NCBI GenBank assembly: GCA_965227775.1
Contig: OZ245777.1
Location: forward strand, 2,688,001 to 2,752,000
Origin: Phycisphaerales bacterium
Lineage (GTDB): Bacteria > Planctomycetota > Phycisphaerae > Phycisphaerales > UBA1924
Direction: 5' to 3'
DNA: 64,000 bases
The first letter of the stretch is position 1; every line of letters begins with the position of its first letter. This document shows positions 1 through 9,581 of the stretch, in pieces. Below the pieces are notes generated by a model. The model ran no database searches. It was given only the letters and a program-made list of their open reading frames with translations, and was not told the origin of the DNA. The position numbers and the translations under genes were made by a program.

Positions 1-91
1 GCACGTTGAGCAGATCTACCCGAAGACCGGGAACGCGCTTCTTGAAGACTTCCTTGTCGACCGTGCTACCGGTTTCTGCGTTTTCGAACAT
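1..91 (-). CDS. pap: 5' end of polyphosphate:AMP phosphotransferase (PPK2 family), runs off the window
   Basis: Manual translation from ATG at 91: MFENAETGSTVDKEVFKKRVPGLRVDLLNV, resembling the MFExAE.G..(I/V)DK N-terminus of PAP/PPK2 class II. Only 30 codons are visible. Confidence 0.6.
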   Translation of the reverse strand, partial: MFENAETGSTVDKEVFKKRVPGLRVDLLNV

Positions 92-198
92 GTGTGTCCC
101 CGGGTTCCCGTAGTCTACCGGAGCGGCGTTGGCCGCGCCGCAAACCACCCGGCCAGCCCCGCGTGGTATCATGGCGGCCAGAACCCCAGAGTGCACGC

Positions 199-1155
199 AT
201 GCCGACCGAAACGATCCAATCTGAGACTCGCACGAAAGCTCCACGACGCCTGCTCATCACGGGCATCGGCGGCTTCCTCGGCCACCATCTCGCGCTCGTC
301 GCACGGGATCTTGGCTGGCACGTCCTCGGCGTCACGCGCTCGAGCGATTCGCCGTTCGACCACGTGCGCGCGGATCTTTCCGACCCGGGGGCGGCCGCCA
401 CGGTCATCAGAGACGCTTTCCCCGATGCCGTCATCCACTGCGCTGCCAACGCGCGGACGGCCGAATGCGAGAGGGCGCCGGAGACCGCCCATCGGGACAA
501 CGTGCAGGCGACCGAGCAACTCGCCAGAGCGTGCGACAGCCTCCCACTCGTCGTGTGCTCGACCGACCTTGTCTTTGACGGAGAACGGCCGGGCGGCATG
601 TACACCGAGCGTGACGCAACCGGCCCCCTCAACGCCTACGCCCGCAGCAAGCTGGCGATGGAACGCATGCTCTCGAAGATGGGATCGCGCGCCACCGTGG
701 CCCGGCTGCCGCTGCTCTTTGGCCCCCCCGCCGCTGCGGCTGCCCGCAGCTGCTTCCTGTCGGCGTGGGCCGAGCACGTATCCGCGGGGAATGAGCTCGT
801 GCTCTTTACCGACGAGTGGCGCACGCCCCTGAGCGCCCGCGACGCAGCGTGTGCATTGCTCGCATGTCTCGAGCGCGGCACGCCTGGCGAGATCTACCAC
901 GTCGCCGGAGCCGACCGAGTCAACCGGTACGATCTCGGCCGGCGCTTCGCAAACCACGCTTCGGAGCAGTTGGGATTCGACGCGAATCTGATGAGGCCCG
1001 GCGTGCAGGCCGACGTGCCAATGCCTGCCCCTCGCGCGGGGGACGTGTCTCTCGACATCTCGCGCGCAAAGAGCGACCTGGGCTTCTCGCCCAGGTCGCT
1101 CGATGAAGAACTCGAATGGACCGCCGGCGTCATGGCCGGCCAGCTTCCCGCTTAG
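199..1155 (+). CDS. RmlD-like SDR oxidoreductase (dTDP-4-dehydrorhamnose reductase family)
   Basis: ITGIGGFLG Rossmann motif, HCAA, STDLVFDG, YARSK. Start moved from 94 to ATG 199. Confidence 0.85.
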   Translation: MPTETIQSETRTKAPRRLLITGIGGFLGHHLALVARDLGWHVLGVTRSSDSPFDHVRADLSDPGAAATVIRDAFPDAVIHCAANARTAECERAPETAHRDNVQATEQLARACDSLPLVVCSTDLVFDGERPGGMYTERDATGPLNAYARSKLAMERMLSKMGSRATVARLPLLFGPPAAAAARSCFLSAWAEHVSAGNELVLFTDEWRTPLSARDAACALLACLERGTPGEIYHVAGADRVNRYDLGRRFANHASEQLGFDANLMRPGVQADVPMPAPRAGDVSLDISRAKSDLGFSPRSLDEELEWTAGVMAGQLPA

Positions 1156-3845
1156 CCGCAGCCGCGGGTAAACGCGTTCTGGAACGCCAGGAAGTCGAAG
1201 ATGGTCAGCGAGCCGTCGCCGTCGAAATCGGCTTCGGAGCTGCCCATGTCGAAGAGGTTCTGGAAGCCCAGGAAGTCGAAGATCGTCAGCTCACAATCGC
1301 CATCGATGTCCGGCAGGCACGTAGCCCGAAGTTCCACCGTTGTCGGTGTGTAGAACAAGCGGAACCGAATGTTGCTGGCGACCGGTGGCGGCACGAACGT
1401 GTCGAACTCGCCGGTGATCGAGCTGCCGCTAATCACAACGAAGTTCTCGCAGGTATCGGGCTCGAAACCATCGATGATCTCGGCCTCGAACGTGCCGTCA
1501 ACAGTGATGGCCGCCGAGCCAGTGATCTGATCGAACTCCTGAGCGTCCCGTCCGCCGATCTGCATGCGAACGACTGTCGTATCCGCCATCTCCACGGATG
1601 TCAGGGCTCGGATGATGCCGGTTTCGCCAAAGCTAGCGCCGGCGCGTCCGGGCGCGATCCCACCGCGAAGGACATAAACACCGCCGAGTTGGCCCGCTCC
1701 GGTCAGGCTGACTCCGGAGTCCAGGGTGGTCGTGATCCCGCCCACGGCTTGCACGAACTGGGCACGTCCGCCGATGGTCGGCGATGTGTCGTTGAGGAAG
1801 ATCTCGCCGTCGCCGTCGATGGTGCCGTTCGTTCTCGGGAGCACGCGGGTCCCCGACGTGCTGCCTTCACGATTCACGATGATCGTGCCGTCGAGCGTGA
1901 GGTCGCCATCAATCAACAAGTCGCGCCCGTTCTCGATCTCGACTTCGCCAGTGAACCGGTCGACATCGTCGAAAAGTCCGGTGCCTCCGGCGATCTCGAA
2001 CTGACCGGTACTGTTGTCGATCGTCCCCCCGGCGATCGTGCTGTTCAGCCGCACACGGCCATCGACGACCTCAAGACGTCCGTCGGTGCTCTGGTTCATG
2101 ACCGCGGCGAAGCGCAGGCTGCCACCATTGTCAACGCGGACGAGGTTGTTGTTGGTCTTCGGCGCGCCGATGAAGAGCAGGTCCCGGCTCTCGGCATTTG
2201 CGATGATCGTGCCTTCGTTGATGATGGCGGCGCTAAGTTGTCCCGAGCCCTGAATCACCACGTTCTCGCCGAGCGTTGTGACGAGGCCGCCCACAGCATC
2301 TATGAACTGGGCGCGACCGCCTGCGGTCGGTGAGGTATCGACCATCGTGATCGTCATGTCGCCGTCGAGGGTGCCCGACGTGCCCATGAGCACGCGGGTT
2401 CCTGATGTGCCGCCCTCGCGATTGACGAGGATCTCGCCGTTCATGATCAGGCCGCCGCGGATAACCAGGTCGCGACCGTTCTGGATCTCGATGTCACCGT
2501 CGAAGCGATCGAGATTGTTGAGATTGCCGGCTCCAGCCTCGATCTCGAAGAGGCCGTTCGTTGAGTCGACTCGACCGCCCTCGATCGTGCTGATGAGCCG
2601 CACTTCGCCGCCGTCGGCGACGATGCGACCGTCGGGGCCCTGGTTGATTGGCGTTCCCAGGCGCAAAAGCCCGCCGTCGACGGCTTCAATCAGGCTGTTG
2701 TTCACCTTGGCAACGCCAAGGATGGCCAACTCACGACCAGCCGAATCGGCGCTGACCGTGCCTTCATTGATGAAGTTCGCCGTCATCTGCCCCGCACCGC
2801 GGACCGCAACGGTGTCCGCGATCGTGGTCGTGATTCCACCTACCGCGTCAACAAACTGGGCTCGGCCGGCAGCCGTCGGCGAGGTGTCGTTCATGCGGAC
2901 GGTCAGATCGCCTTCAAGCGTGCCCGAAGTCGCGAACAGGAATCGTGAGCCCGAAGTGCCACCGTCGCGATTGACGAACACCGTGCCATCCATGTCGAGT
3001 CCGCCTCGGATGACCAGGTCACGGCCGTTCTGGATTTCCACATCGCCGGTTACCTTGGCGATATCTGTGAAGTTGCCCGAGCCCCCCTCAACCTCGAAGA
3101 GCCCGTTGCTCGAGTCGATACTCCCGCCCACGATCGTGCTGGTGAATCGGATGTCTCCGCCATCGGCGACGATCTCGCCGGTTGGGCCCTGATTGATCTG
3201 CGCGGTCAACCGGAGTTCACCACCATCGGTCGACTCCATCCTGCCGTTGTTGGTCTTGGGAGTATTAAGCAGCCAGAGATCTCGACCGTTCTGGTCGGCG
3301 CGGATTGTGCCTTCGTTGATGAACGTAAAGTTCATCTGGCCGGAGCCGCGGACGAGCAGATCGGACCCGATCATGGTCGCAAAGCCGGCGGCGGCGTCGA
3401 CGATTTGGGCCCTGCCGGCTGCGCTCGGCGAAGAGTCGTTCATGAAGATCTGGCCGTTGCCGCCCAGAGTCTGCATCATGTTCCCGATGACGACTCGTGA
3501 ACCGCTCGTTCCGCCGAGACCGTTGACAACGAGTACGCCGTCGATGGTGGAGGTGGCACCATTCAGGCGGAAGTCGCGACCGTTACCGATGCCCACCGTG
3601 GCGTTCGGATTGGTAAGCAGCAAGTTATCGATCGTCACCGACGCGTTGGTGAAGATATCGTACGTTCCGGGCAGCGAGACGCTGGCGGTTGTGCCCGGTC
3701 CAGGCACGGTCATCGGGTTCCAGTTTGCGGCAAGGTTCCAGTCGCCACCGGAAGCGTTGTCCCACTCAATTTGTGCATGTGCGGTCACCACCGTTCCGGC
3801 GACAACGCTCATTGCTACAACCAAACTCGTCCTGTTCCTCATCAT
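1152..3845 (-). CDS. Secreted Gly/Asn/Thr-rich repeat protein (adhesin/beta-helix-like) with C-terminal GC-type dockerin tag
   Basis: Signal peptide ending AHA-Q, W.....GGDW..AANW start, ~183-aa internal repeats, C-terminus ...LTIFDFLAFQNAFTRGCG. Start placed at ATG 3845 after GGAGAGAG. Confidence 0.75.
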   Translation of the reverse strand: MMRNRTSLVVAMSVVAGTVVTAHAQIEWDNASGGDWNLAANWNPMTVPGPGTTASVSLPGTYDIFTNASVTIDNLLLTNPNATVGIGNGRDFRLNGATSTIDGVLVVNGLGGTSGSRVVIGNMMQTLGGNGQIFMNDSSPSAAGRAQIVDAAAGFATMIGSDLLVRGSGQMNFTFINEGTIRADQNGRDLWLLNTPKTNNGRMESTDGGELRLTAQINQGPTGEIVADGGDIRFTSTIVGGSIDSSNGLFEVEGGSGNFTDIAKVTGDVEIQNGRDLVIRGGLDMDGTVFVNRDGGTSGSRFLFATSGTLEGDLTVRMNDTSPTAAGRAQFVDAVGGITTTIADTVAVRGAGQMTANFINEGTVSADSAGRELAILGVAKVNNSLIEAVDGGLLRLGTPINQGPDGRIVADGGEVRLISTIEGGRVDSTNGLFEIEAGAGNLNNLDRFDGDIEIQNGRDLVIRGGLIMNGEILVNREGGTSGTRVLMGTSGTLDGDMTITMVDTSPTAGGRAQFIDAVGGLVTTLGENVVIQGSGQLSAAIINEGTIIANAESRDLLFIGAPKTNNNLVRVDNGGSLRFAAVMNQSTDGRLEVVDGRVRLNSTIAGGTIDNSTGQFEIAGGTGLFDDVDRFTGEVEIENGRDLLIDGDLTLDGTIIVNREGSTSGTRVLPRTNGTIDGDGEIFLNDTSPTIGGRAQFVQAVGGITTTLDSGVSLTGAGQLGGVYVLRGGIAPGRAGASFGETGIIRALTSVEMADTTVVRMQIGGRDAQEFDQITGSAAITVDGTFEAEIIDGFEPDTCENFVVISGSSITGEFDTFVPPPVASNIRFRLFYTPTTVELRATCLPDIDGDCELTIFDFLGFQNLFDMGSSEADFDGDGSLTIFDFLAFQNAFTRGCG

Positions 3846-4037
3846 CTCTCTCCCAGCAAGTCGCTCTCTCATGAACATCAGATGCCGGCCATGACAACCG
3901 GCATCTGATTCGAGAGGATCATTAGAACGCACTGCGGCTCATTCCAGCAACACGATTCGTCGGTCCAGGACGTTTCCGGACTCGTTGTTTCGATTAGGCC
4001 GCGTGTGATGTCAAGATGGGAAAGGGCTCACGGCTTG

Positions 4038-6047
4038 CTACCGAGCCAGCCCGCGCGCCGAGAACAGCCACTCGATTGACAGCACCAGCACGGCGGCGAC
4101 GAGGAACCAGGGCCACAGCTCGCGCTGCCCGCCACTCGTTCGCTGGCCGGCGACATCGGCATCGAGCCCCCCGAAGCCCACGGGCAGCTCTCCCGCGGAG
4201 GCTACGCGGCTCTCAACTTCACTCATCACGTTGACGGTAACACCGCGCTGGTCGTCGGGCGTGGGCTGGTCGAGCAAGTAGACGCCCGCACGCTCGAAGG
4301 GACCAACCGATGGCGCAGCGCTCGGTGTCGAGAGCCGGAGCTCAAGCTCGGCACCAACCCCAGACAGCCGCACCTGTGTCCGCGGCTGCGAAAGCCGCAT
4401 CGTCGCGACGTCGCCGGCGCGCACGCCGTCGGCCGCATCGCGCGAGCCGCGCATCGAGAGGAAGTCGATCGCCTCTGCGACGAACAACGGGAAGCTCACG
4501 AGTTTGGGCCAGTTGCTCATCGCTGGCTCAAATCCAACCCAGATCCGCCGATGCCGCTCGGCCTCGAACGCGACGATCAACGGGCCACGCGAGCCGCTGG
4601 CGAGCACGGTGTGCCGCACGCCGTCGGGCAGGCTCGTCTCGATCAGCGGCTCGGCAACCGCGAGCTGGTCGAGCGCCAGGTCGCGCATGACCGGATGCGT
4701 CCGCCGCCAAGAAACGACACGCGTGCCCTCGGCCTCGCCCGCTTCCACCACCGGCAGCCGCGGCGCATCGCGCCGCTCCAAGGGCGGCGACGGGCCGAAG
4801 TGCAGGCTCGGCGCCGGCGGCGGGGTGCGCGGCGACACGCGGTCGAACACAATGGCATCGAACGGGACATCGCCCGCCGCCACCAGCTGCTCGTAGCGGC
4901 TCAGCCGGACGATGCGGATGTCGCCCAGCTCCATCGCCTGCAGCACGGCGGCGATCAGCAAGACGGGCCCGGGCCGGTCGGGATCGACCAGCTCGGTCTC
5001 GGGAATGACCTGCATCACGCGCGGCCGGCCGGCGGTGCGCAGCCAGAGCGAGGCCACGTCGTCGGCGGCCAGCACGTCCTGGCCGGGCAGCAGCACGCTC
5101 AAGACACCTGCGCCCGGCGCAACGGCCGAGAGGCTGACGCTCGCCTCGGTCGGGCCTTCGCCCTCGGCCCCGATCTCGGCGACCGCCTCGGCAACAACCT
5201 CGCCGTCGAGTGCGAGGCGTACGGGCAGCTCGCGTCGCATCTCGCCCGTCGCCAGCACGCGGGCGAAGACGCGGACGGTCGCGGGATCCTCGTACTGCCG
5301 CTGGGCCGCGAGGGCGACGATCCCGGCATTGCCAGCCTCGCCTGCGCCACCGATGGGCTCCAACCGCACGCGCACGTTCGCCGGCAGCGGATCGGTCGGC
5401 GGGGGCACGGCGCCGTCCGACGCCAGCACCAGCGTTAGCACGCGCGGCTCGTCGGGCGTCGACTCGCCCGCAGTTTCGCCGCCAACGTCCTCACGCGCGC
5501 TCGCGAGGCGAACCAGCTCGGCCAGCGCCTCGCCCGAGGCCTCCTCGTCCGTTGGCTCGACGGCGTCGATGGCGCCTAGCAGCACGGCCCGGTCGCCCGT
5601 CCACGGGGTCAGGGGCACGGCCTCGGCCCCGAGCGCCACGACCATGACCTGCGCATCGCTCCCGGCCGCCAGCTCGCGCGCCATCGTGCGGAGCGTCGTG
5701 CGTGCCTCCTCAAACCTCGACACCCCGCCCGCGCCGTCGATCGCGTTCATGGAGGCCGAGCGGTCGAGCACGAGCATGACGCGGCCGCCCAGCGTGCTGG
5801 GGATCACCGGCCGCGCGAAGGCCAGCAGCAGCAGCGCGAGCGCGAGCAGTTGTAACAGTAGTTGCGTCTGCGGCCGCACCATCCGCCACGGCGCGTTGCC
5901 CTGCGCATCGCGCACGGCGCGCTCCCAGAACAGCACGCTGCCCACGCGCACCGGCCGCCTCCGCAGCTTGAGCAGGTAGAAGGCGATCACCGGCGGCACC
6001 GTCAGCGCCGCCGCGACCAATGCAGCAAATGGGGCAAGAAACGTCAC
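4038..6047 (-). CDS. BatA/vWA-domain membrane protein
   Basis: BatA-type N-terminus (YLLKLRRR..V.S.LFW...LLLLAFARP), MIDAS DRSASM, C-terminal RELWPW + TM. GTG start overlaps the rlmE stop (GTGA). Confidence 0.8.
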   Translation of the reverse strand: MTFLAPFAALVAAALTVPPVIAFYLLKLRRRPVRVGSVLFWERAVRDAQGNAPWRMVRPQTQLLLQLLALALLLLAFARPVIPSTLGGRVMLVLDRSASMNAIDGAGGVSRFEEARTTLRTMARELAAGSDAQVMVVALGAEAVPLTPWTGDRAVLLGAIDAVEPTDEEASGEALAELVRLASAREDVGGETAGESTPDEPRVLTLVLASDGAVPPPTDPLPANVRVRLEPIGGAGEAGNAGIVALAAQRQYEDPATVRVFARVLATGEMRRELPVRLALDGEVVAEAVAEIGAEGEGPTEASVSLSAVAPGAGVLSVLLPGQDVLAADDVASLWLRTAGRPRVMQVIPETELVDPDRPGPVLLIAAVLQAMELGDIRIVRLSRYEQLVAAGDVPFDAIVFDRVSPRTPPPAPSLHFGPSPPLERRDAPRLPVVEAGEAEGTRVVSWRRTHPVMRDLALDQLAVAEPLIETSLPDGVRHTVLASGSRGPLIVAFEAERHRRIWVGFEPAMSNWPKLVSFPLFVAEAIDFLSMRGSRDAADGVRAGDVATMRLSQPRTQVRLSGVGAELELRLSTPSAAPSVGPFERAGVYLLDQPTPDDQRGVTVNVMSEVESRVASAGELPVGFGGLDADVAGQRTSGGQRELWPWFLVAAVLVLSIEWLFSARGLAR

Positions 6048-6733
6048 GACCCCCAGCCCTTCCCCGGCTCGGGAGGCGGCGGCGCCACGCCCTCGGGCCG
6101 CTCCAGCCGGCCCAGCGCCGGCTCGTAGCCCGTCGCGATCACGAACATCTCGGTCGAGACCTCGCGCGTTGCCCGCGGCTTCAGGCCCCGGCACTGGGCG
6201 AACATCGCGCCCGTGCGCTTCACCAGGTCGGGGTACGTCTCGCCCTCGAAGACCTTGTAGACCAGCCCCCCGCCGGGCCGCAGCACGTCCGGAAGCCGCT
6301 CGAGGATCGCCTCGCACAGGCGCACCGACTTGTAGTGGTCGCCCGCCCCGCTGGTGTTCGGGGCCATGTCGCTGATGACGACGTCGTACAGGCCGAGCCT
6401 GTCCTGTTCATCGCCCCGCCAGCGCACGACCGGCTCCAGCAGCGTCGCCGCGTCCTGCTTCGTGAAGTCGCCGCGCATCGTCACGACGCACGGCGGCATC
6501 GGCTCGCGCACGTCGCTCAGGTCGACCCCGGCGACCAGCCCCGCGTCCCCCACCAGTTCCGCGGCCACCTGCAGCCAGCTCCCGGGCGCACAGCCCAGGT
6601 CGAGCACGGCCATGCCCGGCCGCAGGATCCCCCGCCGCTCCTGGATCTCCAGCAGCTTGTACGCCGACCGCGCGAGGTACCCCTCGGCCTTTGCCTTGCG
6701 GAAGTACTGGTCGTGGAGGACGCGCTTGGGCAC
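6044..6733 (-). CDS. rlmE: 23S rRNA Um2552 methyltransferase RlmE/FtsJ
   Basis: HDQY...AK.EGY.ARSAYKL, VLDLGCAPGSW, VISDMAPN, K(V)FEG, S.E motifs. Leaderless GTG start at 6733. Confidence 0.92.
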   Translation of the reverse strand: MPKRVLHDQYFRKAKAEGYLARSAYKLLEIQERRGILRPGMAVLDLGCAPGSWLQVAAELVGDAGLVAGVDLSDVREPMPPCVVTMRGDFTKQDAATLLEPVVRWRGDEQDRLGLYDVVISDMAPNTSGAGDHYKSVRLCEAILERLPDVLRPGGGLVYKVFEGETYPDLVKRTGAMFAQCRGLKPRATREVSTEMFVIATGYEPALGRLERPEGVAPPPPEPGKGWGS

Positions 6734-6752
6734 GTAGGAGGGTAGGGGGAGA

Positions 6753-6864
6753 GGCACGAAGCGACGGAGGCACGAAGGCACGGAGGGGGAAGAGACGGAG
6801 AGACCAAGAGACAAAGAGACGGAGTGGGCGAACGCGACGAGCCCTTCGCGCGAGCGAGCGGGTT
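6753..6864. repeat. Purine-rich octamer tandem repeats followed by a REP-like palindrome
   Basis: ggcacgaa/gcgacgga/ggcacgaa/ggcacgga, then agagacgg/agagacca/agagacaa/agagacgg, then gagcccttcgcgcgagcgagcggg. Intergenic. Confidence 0.5.
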
Positions 6865-6897
6865 GGACGCGCGAAGACAGTCGACCGGGGCGTTCGC

Positions 6898-8061
6898 CTA
6901 CGGGCAGCCCGCGTCGAATTCGTTCTGGAACGCCAGGAAGTCGAGGATGGTGAAGTCGCCGTCGCCGTCGAAGTCGGCGCGTGGGTCCATGAGGTCGAAA
7001 AGGTTGCTGAAAACGAGAACGTCGAAGATCGTCAGGCTGCCATCGCCGTCGAGGTCGGTGAGGCAGGTCCGTGCCATCGAACCAAGCCTGAAGCCAAACG
7101 CGTGGCCGCTAGCGGACGATGAGCCGCTGAATTCATCTAATCGATCCCGCAACTGATATGTGGGGTCGGGCACCGTTCCCGATCCAGCGCGGAATCTTCG
7201 ACGTGATGTGATGGCGTCCGGCTCGATGACGGTCTCCAGCATCTCGCGAACTCCCCCCGAGGCATCGAGCAATCCCCATGGCGATTGGGTTGCCGGATAA
7301 GACCCCACAGGATACCAGAACATCCCCGGCGGGCCCAACTCGCCGCCGCTCGTCTCGGCACCCGGCTCGCCCGGTTCGCCGCTGACCAAGAACTCGTCGC
7401 CGCCGTCGGGGTAGTACCAGTAGCCCTCCTGACCGTCGCCGTAGCGGTCGGGGTCGTAGTGCACGGCCTTGGTCCACTCGTCGAGCGTTGGTAGGAAGTA
7501 GCGCGCGCCTGGCGAACGCTCGGGCTGGTCGAGCACCCTGCCCGTATCCGGATCGGTACGGAAAGTGCTCGCGTCGTACACGCCGACGTTGAAATCTTCG
7601 AGTTCGGTGCCTTGGTCGTTGTGCAGCCAGTTGCAATACCGAGCCGCGTACCGCCACGACATGACGGCAGGCGCAAACTGTGAATCAAAGTACAAGAAGT
7701 CCAAAATGGCGATGCCGTCCGGATCGAAGCCGACGACGTTGATGCCGTGGCCGATGAGCGTGCCGTCCGATGCATCGCCGCCGGCACGCAGGTAGGCCTG
7801 CGCGAACTTGATGTACTGGTCATTGGTGACCTCTGTCCGCGAGATGCGGTACTCGTAGCCGACGTCGCCGTAGGTGCCGAACAGGTCGAAGCGCCACTCT
7901 GGAGCCTCGCTGGGCAACACGCCTCGATTGCCCGGCGCACCGATGGTCACGAAGTCGTGCCCGTAGTCGGGCGGAACGGTCTGAGCGGCGCACAGCGTGG
8001 CCGCGAACACAATCAAGGAAGCTGCGATGAGGGGGACGGGTAGCCGGTTCGCTGTATCCAT
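6898..8061 (-). CDS. Secreted FGE-sulfatase (SUMF1-like) domain protein with GC-type dockerin tag
   Basis: FVTIGAPGN, EVTNDQY, AARYCNWLHN, LPTLDEW.KA, SPWGLLD.SG, GFRL motifs; C-terminus ..DFLAFQNEFDAGCP; GGAGGA RBS before ATG 8061. Confidence 0.85.
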   Translation of the reverse strand: MDTANRLPVPLIAASLIVFAATLCAAQTVPPDYGHDFVTIGAPGNRGVLPSEAPEWRFDLFGTYGDVGYEYRISRTEVTNDQYIKFAQAYLRAGGDASDGTLIGHGINVVGFDPDGIAILDFLYFDSQFAPAVMSWRYAARYCNWLHNDQGTELEDFNVGVYDASTFRTDPDTGRVLDQPERSPGARYFLPTLDEWTKAVHYDPDRYGDGQEGYWYYPDGGDEFLVSGEPGEPGAETSGGELGPPGMFWYPVGSYPATQSPWGLLDASGGVREMLETVIEPDAITSRRRFRAGSGTVPDPTYQLRDRLDEFSGSSSASGHAFGFRLGSMARTCLTDLDGDGSLTIFDVLVFSNLFDLMDPRADFDGDGDFTILDFLAFQNEFDAGCP

Positions 8062-8243
8062 CGTTCCTCCCATGGATTGACGCGACGCGAGGATTCCGAA
8101 CTCCGCCACTGTTTGTATCGACTATCCGAACGCTTCACGGCCGAAGACGATGCAGTCGCAAGCCACGGTGAAACTCCTCAATGTTTAGCGACCCCGATCG
8201 CGAGCCCCAAGCCGCAGGCTCCCGTGCCGCTCTACCGTGCAGC

Positions 8244-9116
8244 GTGGACACGCCGAAGTCCCCCACCATTCCAGAGACGCCCACCGTCCCCGACAGCCTC
8301 TCCTGCGTCGGCTGTGGATACGACCTGGTTGGCCTGCCCGAGGACGTGAACTGCCCCGAATGCGGCGTGGCGATCGGGCGGTCGATCAGCGGGGATCACC
8401 TGTTTGCCAGCTCGAGAGAGCATCGCGACAGGCTGGCCAACGGCGCACGGCTGGCACTAATCGGGGCGTGGGCGGGGTGGGCGTCGGCGTCGCTGCTCGC
8501 GGTGTACGCGCTCGTTGCCCAGACTGTGAATCCGTACGCGTCGCTCCTCGTGCTGGGGCCGATGGCCATCGCCATGGCGGTGACGCTCGTTGCCAGCGGG
8601 CAGGGTTGGTTGCGGCTGACCGACGCGGACCCCGACCGCATCGGCGATGGCTCGGAGCGCTGGATCCATCGCTTGCTGCTGCGGCTCTACGCCGGTGCGC
8701 TCGGTACGCTGGGCCCGGTCCTGGTGATCGTGTGGTGCGCGTTCGACGCGATCGCGCGAGTAGCGGGCAGTGTGCCGGGCCCGCCAGCGTCAGTCCTTTT
8801 GAGCGCGGTCCTCTTTGTTCCGACGCTCGCTCTCTCTGGCCCGATCGCGACAGAGGTAATACGCCTTGCACGCCGTCTGCTCGAGGGCGATCTGGCCGAA
8901 CGCTCACGCGGGCTCGCCCCGAGCGGCTGGATGGCCTGCGGCCTGGTGATCCTGGCGGCGCAGTTTGTGTGGTTCCACCCCGGGGGCTGGTGGTGGCTGC
9001 TGGAGCCCATCGCGTGGACGATCACGAGCATCGCCCTGCTGGCCTGGGGCGTGCAATACCACACGCTCGTGCGGGCCCTCCGCATCGCCCTGGCCGCCGT
9101 CGCCGTGCGACCGTGA
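8244..9116 (+). CDS. Multi-TM membrane protein with N-terminal Zn-ribbon (CxxCGYDL..CPECG)
   Basis: CVGCGYDLVGLPEDVNCPECG followed by about 6 hydrophobic segments. TACCGT -10 lies 5 nt before GTG 8244. Confidence 0.7.
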   Translation: MDTPKSPTIPETPTVPDSLSCVGCGYDLVGLPEDVNCPECGVAIGRSISGDHLFASSREHRDRLANGARLALIGAWAGWASASLLAVYALVAQTVNPYASLLVLGPMAIAMAVTLVASGQGWLRLTDADPDRIGDGSERWIHRLLLRLYAGALGTLGPVLVIVWCAFDAIARVAGSVPGPPASVLLSAVLFVPTLALSGPIATEVIRLARRLLEGDLAERSRGLAPSGWMACGLVILAAQFVWFHPGGWWWLLEPIAWTITSIALLAWGVQYHTLVRALRIALAAVAVRP

Positions 9117-9167
9117 AGTTGGCTCTGACGGGCCATCGCCTCCGCCCGACAACCTACCATACGCCGG

Positions 9168-9560
9168 ATGTTCGAGATCACCGTACAGGCTGGATTCAAC
9201 GCGCAGCACGCCATCCTAATTGGGGGCGAGCGCGAGCCCGTGCACGGCCACGACTGGCTCGTCGAGGCAACGATCGCCGGCCCGACCCTCGACGCCGAGG
9301 GCCTGCTGTGCGACTTCCACGCCGTCGAGGCGGCCCTCTCGGCCATCGTCAAGCCCTGGATCCACGCAGACCTGAACCATGACGAGGCCTTCCGTGGCCG
9401 GAAGCTCGAGCCCACCGCCGAAAACGTGGCCGTGGTGATCGCCACCGAGCTTGAACGGGCCCTGGACGGCCGCCTGCCCGAGGGGGCCCGGGTGTCGCGA
9501 GTCAGCGTAACCGAAGCGCCCCGGTGCGTGGCGACGTACCTTCTTGCTCAGGAGAGCTGA
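9168..9560 (+). CDS. queD: 6-carboxy-tetrahydropterin synthase (QueD/PTPS family)
   Basis: F.A.H, HGHDW, DF, H..LN, PTAEN.A, V.E motifs. Confidence 0.85.
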   Translation: MFEITVQAGFNAQHAILIGGEREPVHGHDWLVEATIAGPTLDAEGLLCDFHAVEAALSAIVKPWIHADLNHDEAFRGRKLEPTAENVAVVIATELERALDGRLPEGARVSRVSVTEAPRCVATYLLAQES

Positions 9561-9581
9561 TCAAGTGGGGAGCAGGGTCGC

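Noticed and set aside
1170..1290. Near-identical DNA segments at ~1170, ~6920, ~23660 and ~42480 as a mobile repeat
   Set aside because: They encode the shared GC-dockerin protein tag; no terminal repeats or transposase.
4038..6317. Longest-ORF N-terminal extensions (vWA 6317, rpiA 22304, spoIID 30579, cysC 45801, rsmB 49436, mrpB 57104)
   Set aside because: They overlap neighbouring genes. Homology-type motifs and RBS or -10 signals support the shorter starts used.
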